Shown here: one piece after another, positions 61,242 to 64,000 of the stretch
Layout of the letters: each line of letters starts with the position of its first letter
How positions within the stretch are numbered: the stretch's first letter is position 1
From: Gammaproteobacteria bacterium
Lineage (GTDB): Bacteria > Pseudomonadota > Gammaproteobacteria > SZUA-152
DNA length: 64,000 nucleotides
NCBI GenBank assembly: GCA_032250735.1
Contig: JAVVEP010000008.1
Span: 1,775 to 65,774, forward strand
Direction: 5' to 3'
The notes under the pieces: model-generated
Database searches by the model: none
What the model saw: only the letters and a program-made list of their open reading frames with translations
What the model was told of the DNA's origin: nothing
Program-made: the position numbers and the translations under genes

Positions 61242-61736
61242 TCACTTGCCAGGAATAGCGCCGCCGCTCAGTTCCGGCGCAACGGTATAGCGCAGCCACA
61301 GGGCCAGCTTATGGAACACGTCGATCAACACCGACTGTTGCCACCAGGGGTCCTGCGGCAGGGTGGTCAGTCCCGCCAGCAGTACCAGCACCGACACCAC
61401 CACCACGCCGCGGGCGATGCCGAAAATCATGCCGATCATACGATCGGTGCCACTCAATCCCGTTCTCGACACCAACTGGCCCGCGAGACGGTTGAGCAAG
61501 GCGGTGATCACCAGTGTCACCACAAACAGGATGGTGAATGACACCACCATCCGCAACGATGGGGCGGAAATTCCCGCCAGCAACAGCTCGGCGAAATCCT
61601 TCGCAAAGGTCAGCGCCACCCAGAAGGCCGCCACCCAACCTGCCAGTGAAAGGGCTTCACGCACAAAACCCCGCATCAAACTGAACAATGCGGAAATCGC
61701 GATGATGCCCGGGATAACAATATCAACCCAGATCAT
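61242..61736 (-). CDS. cvpA: colicin V production membrane protein
   Basis: 4-TM, 164 aa, conserved position between dedD and purF. Confidence 0.85.
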   Translation of the reverse strand: MIWVDIVIPGIIAISALFSLMRGFVREALSLAGWVAAFWVALTFAKDFAELLLAGISAPSLRMVVSFTILFVVTLVITALLNRLAGQLVSRTGLSGTDRMIGMIFGIARGVVVVSVLVLLAGLTTLPQDPWWQQSVLIDVFHKLALWLRYTVAPELSGGAIPGK

Positions 61737-61806
61737 CGGTATATTCCTTCACACGGGTACCGTTGCATGACTATAGATACCGCGACCGACACCGGCCAGT
61801 CTCTGC

Positions 61807-62424
61807 TCACGGGTAGGCCTGCACCAGCCCCTGCAGGCCGATCACATCCAGCAATTTCTGCCGCATCTTGTCGGCCGTAGCACGGCTCACCGTCGGCCCG
61901 ACGCGCACACGATAGACCGCATCCGCTGACGCCTGCACCGCCTCCACAAAACAGGCATAGCCCTGCTTGCGTAATTTCTCGCACAGCGCTTTGGCATTGG
62001 GCTGGCTGGAAAAACTACCCACCTGCACCACCCAGCCACTGGCCTGGGGCGATTTTTCGCTCAGCGCGACCGACGGTGCGGCCTTGATTGGTGCGGCTTT
62101 AGGCGTGGTGGCCTTTTTTGCGGGGCTCGCCTTTGGCGGCTCGGTGACGACCGGCGACGGCTTCACCGATGAGACAGGCGGCGCGTCCGGGGCCTCGTCC
62201 ATAGAGAGGTCGTCCACCGGCAGGCTGGGTGCAGCCGCCATCGGTGGCGCCTCGGGCGCCGGAACCGGGGCAGAAAAACGATAATCCGGCTCGGGCGGGA
62301 TATTACTGCCATCGATACCCCTGGAAAGGTCGCCCTTGCCCGGCAACAGCATGGGGATAAATATGACCGCCAGTGCGACCAGCACTACCGCCCCCACCAA
62401 TCGCTGTTTGAGTTGACTATTCAC
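61807..62424 (-). CDS. dedD: SPOR-domain cell-division protein DedD
   Basis: N-terminal TM, Pro/Ala-rich linker, C-terminal SPOR domain (GWVVQVGSFSSQPNAKAL...YRVRVGP). Confidence 0.75.
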   Translation of the reverse strand: MNSQLKQRLVGAVVLVALAVIFIPMLLPGKGDLSRGIDGSNIPPEPDYRFSAPVPAPEAPPMAAAPSLPVDDLSMDEAPDAPPVSSVKPSPVVTEPPKASPAKKATTPKAAPIKAAPSVALSEKSPQASGWVVQVGSFSSQPNAKALCEKLRKQGYACFVEAVQASADAVYRVRVGPTVSRATADKMRQKLLDVIGLQGLVQAYP

Positions 62425-62466
62425 AAAATGCCTCTGGACAGAATCGGAGGAATTATCAAAGGATGA

Positions 62467-63762
62467 TTATACTGTGTCGCCCAGTACCGCGGCTACCGTG
62501 TGGAACGATCCGCACACCACGACAAGGTCCTGTGGCTCGCTCGCCGCCAACGCCGCCCGATGGGCCGCCGTCACGCTCGCAAACACCTCGGTTGTCTCAT
62601 CGCCAAAGGCGGCCTGCAATTGTGACAGGGGTGCGGCACGGGGTACGTCCAGTGGCGCCAGATACCAGACATCCACCAGCGCCGTTAGATGCCCCACCAC
62701 GCTGGCAATATCCTTATCGGTCAGCATCGCCAACACGACTCGGGTACGGCCAGCACGCGGCAGGCAGCGCAGATTCTCCGCCAGGGCCTGCGCGCTCTGC
62801 GCGTTGTGGGCCACATCCAGAATCTGCATCGGCAAGCCCTCCAGCACCTGAAATCGCCCCGGCAAACGGACCGTCTTCAGGCCCTGGCAGATAGCGGCCT
62901 GATCGAGCGGAAAATCCGCCGCCAGTGCCGCCAGCGCGGCCAACACCCCTGCCGCATTGCGCAGCTGAAAGGCCCCCGGCAAGGCGGGTATCGGCAGCTG
63001 TCGCCACGCCTGACCGGCCCCCTGCCAGTCCCAGCATCCTTCCTGCCCCTCTGGCCGGGTGATGAAAAAATCACGCGCCAGCAGTGACAACGGGGTCGCC
63101 AGTTGGGCGGCGTACGCCAGCAGGGAGGAAGGCGGCGAAGGGTCCGCACACACCGCAGGACGCCCGCTGCGCAGGATGCCGGCCTTTTCCCGCGCGATGG
63201 TCTCGCGGTCCGCGCCCAACCAGTCCACGTGATCCACATCGATGGCGGTGATCAGCGCCACATCGGCATCCAGTACGTTGACCGCATCCAGCCGCCCCCC
63301 CAGCCCCACTTCGAGAATCGCGATATCCACCCCGGCGCGCTGCAGGATATCGATCGCCGCAAGGGTGCCGAATTCAAAATAGGACAGGGACACTGTGGCC
63401 GCGTCGCTTGCCCCGGCGCCTGAGACCTTGCCGAGGCGGGCCGCATCGATGCGGGAAAAAGCGGCGCACAGCGTGGCGTCATCCACCGGCCGACCATCGA
63501 CCTTGATCCGTTCGTTGTAGCGCAGCAGGTGCGGCGAGGTATAGCTGCCGACATGGTAACCCGCGGCCAGCAGAATGGCCTCAAGCATCGCCACGCTGGA
63601 GCCCTTGCCATTGGTGCCGGCCACGGTGATCAATTTAAAGTTAGGCCGGGTCAGCTCGAGCCGCAGCAGTACCTCGCCGACACGCTCCAGACCCAGCTCA
63701 ATCTCGCGCGGGTGCAGGGACTCCTGCCAACGTAGCCATTCGGGGAGAGTGTTAAAGCGCAT
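62467..63762 (-). CDS. folC: dihydrofolate synthase / folylpolyglutamate synthase
   Basis: VAGTNGKGS P-loop; Mur ligase fold. Confidence 0.9.
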   Translation of the reverse strand: MRFNTLPEWLRWQESLHPREIELGLERVGEVLLRLELTRPNFKLITVAGTNGKGSSVAMLEAILLAAGYHVGSYTSPHLLRYNERIKVDGRPVDDATLCAAFSRIDAARLGKVSGAGASDAATVSLSYFEFGTLAAIDILQRAGVDIAILEVGLGGRLDAVNVLDADVALITAIDVDHVDWLGADRETIAREKAGILRSGRPAVCADPSPPSSLLAYAAQLATPLSLLARDFFITRPEGQEGCWDWQGAGQAWRQLPIPALPGAFQLRNAAGVLAALAALAADFPLDQAAICQGLKTVRLPGRFQVLEGLPMQILDVAHNAQSAQALAENLRCLPRAGRTRVVLAMLTDKDIASVVGHLTALVDVWYLAPLDVPRAAPLSQLQAAFGDETTEVFASVTAAHRAALAASEPQDLVVVCGSFHTVAAVLGDTV

Positions 63763-63949
63763 GGACCACAGTTTCGAGCTTCTAGGAGCGAGTATCGAGG
63801 GAAAGCCCCGAGATAATATTTATTCGTCATCCCGGCGAAAGCCGGGATCCAGAGGATGTATCGACATTCTAGATTCCGGCAATCGCCGGAATGACGGTAA
63901 GGGAAGTATTGCCGGTTTCCTAGTCACTCACCACTAGTCACTGAAGTTA

Positions 63950-64000
63950 AGGCGCCGGCTGCCCGGTCAGCATGGCCAGCAGGCTGGCAATACGGTCGCG
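63950..64000 (-). CDS. accD: acetyl-CoA carboxylase carboxyltransferase beta subunit, extreme 3' end only
   Basis: Minus-strand reading ...RDRIASLLAMLTGQPAP* ends at TAA 63947-63949. Position upstream of folC matches conserved accD-folC synteny. Only 17 codons visible. Confidence 0.55.

Noticed and set aside
1-64000. tRNA/rRNA genes
   Set aside because: Scanning intergenic regions revealed no T-loop/anticodon-arm-like cloverleaf candidates and no rRNA-like stretches. No RNA genes are reported, since none can be supported without a covariance search.

Overview
High-GC proteobacterial chromosomal segment. The housekeeping backbone is recognisable from conserved synteny (accD-folC-dedD-cvpA-purF as in enterobacteria, xseB-ispA-dxs, and efp/epmA divergent from epmB). 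It carries guaB, xseA, hemH, a Sco1-PCuAC-psd-YHS copper cluster, parC and parE, queD-folE2, metZ and others. Several visibly lower-GC accessory insertions interrupt the backbone; GC values are judged by eye, not computed.

1. A ~6 kb island at about 2291-8365 sits between two imperfect direct copies of host lipoprotein/xseA 5' sequence. It carries a formyltransferase, an MsbA-like ABC exporter, a 70-aa ORF made only of Gly/Met/Ala/Pro ((MGGG)n-(AP)n-(MGGG)n), and two convergent SEC-C-motif proteins, one of them a 2OG-Fe(II) prolyl-hydroxylase-like oxygenase. A metH 3' remnant lies at the right edge. I regard this island as the best candidate in the window for an undescribed peptide modification/export system.
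2. A c-di-GMP neighbourhood: a standalone PilZ gene, then a FimX-like REC-PAS-GGDEF-EAL gene and htpX flanked by two paralogous ~630-aa proteins with C-terminal PilZ-like motifs.
3. A 6.6 kb insertion between parC and parE. It holds a Phd/Doc toxin-antitoxin cassette bracketed by duplicated parC 5' sequence, a REP-flanked RAYT transposase, and an RND/MFP efflux pair.
4. A low-GC pair made of a zinc-ribbon/nucleotidyl-cyclase/STAND-NTPase/TPR protein and a TPR protein.

Other items: a bacterial voltage-gated channel with a Ca-type LEDWTD filter, a sensor kinase with a REC-GGDEF regulator, an orphan MCP+CheY, and a retropepsin-like protease divergent from a GATase. No rRNA, tRNA or CRISPR array was recognised.
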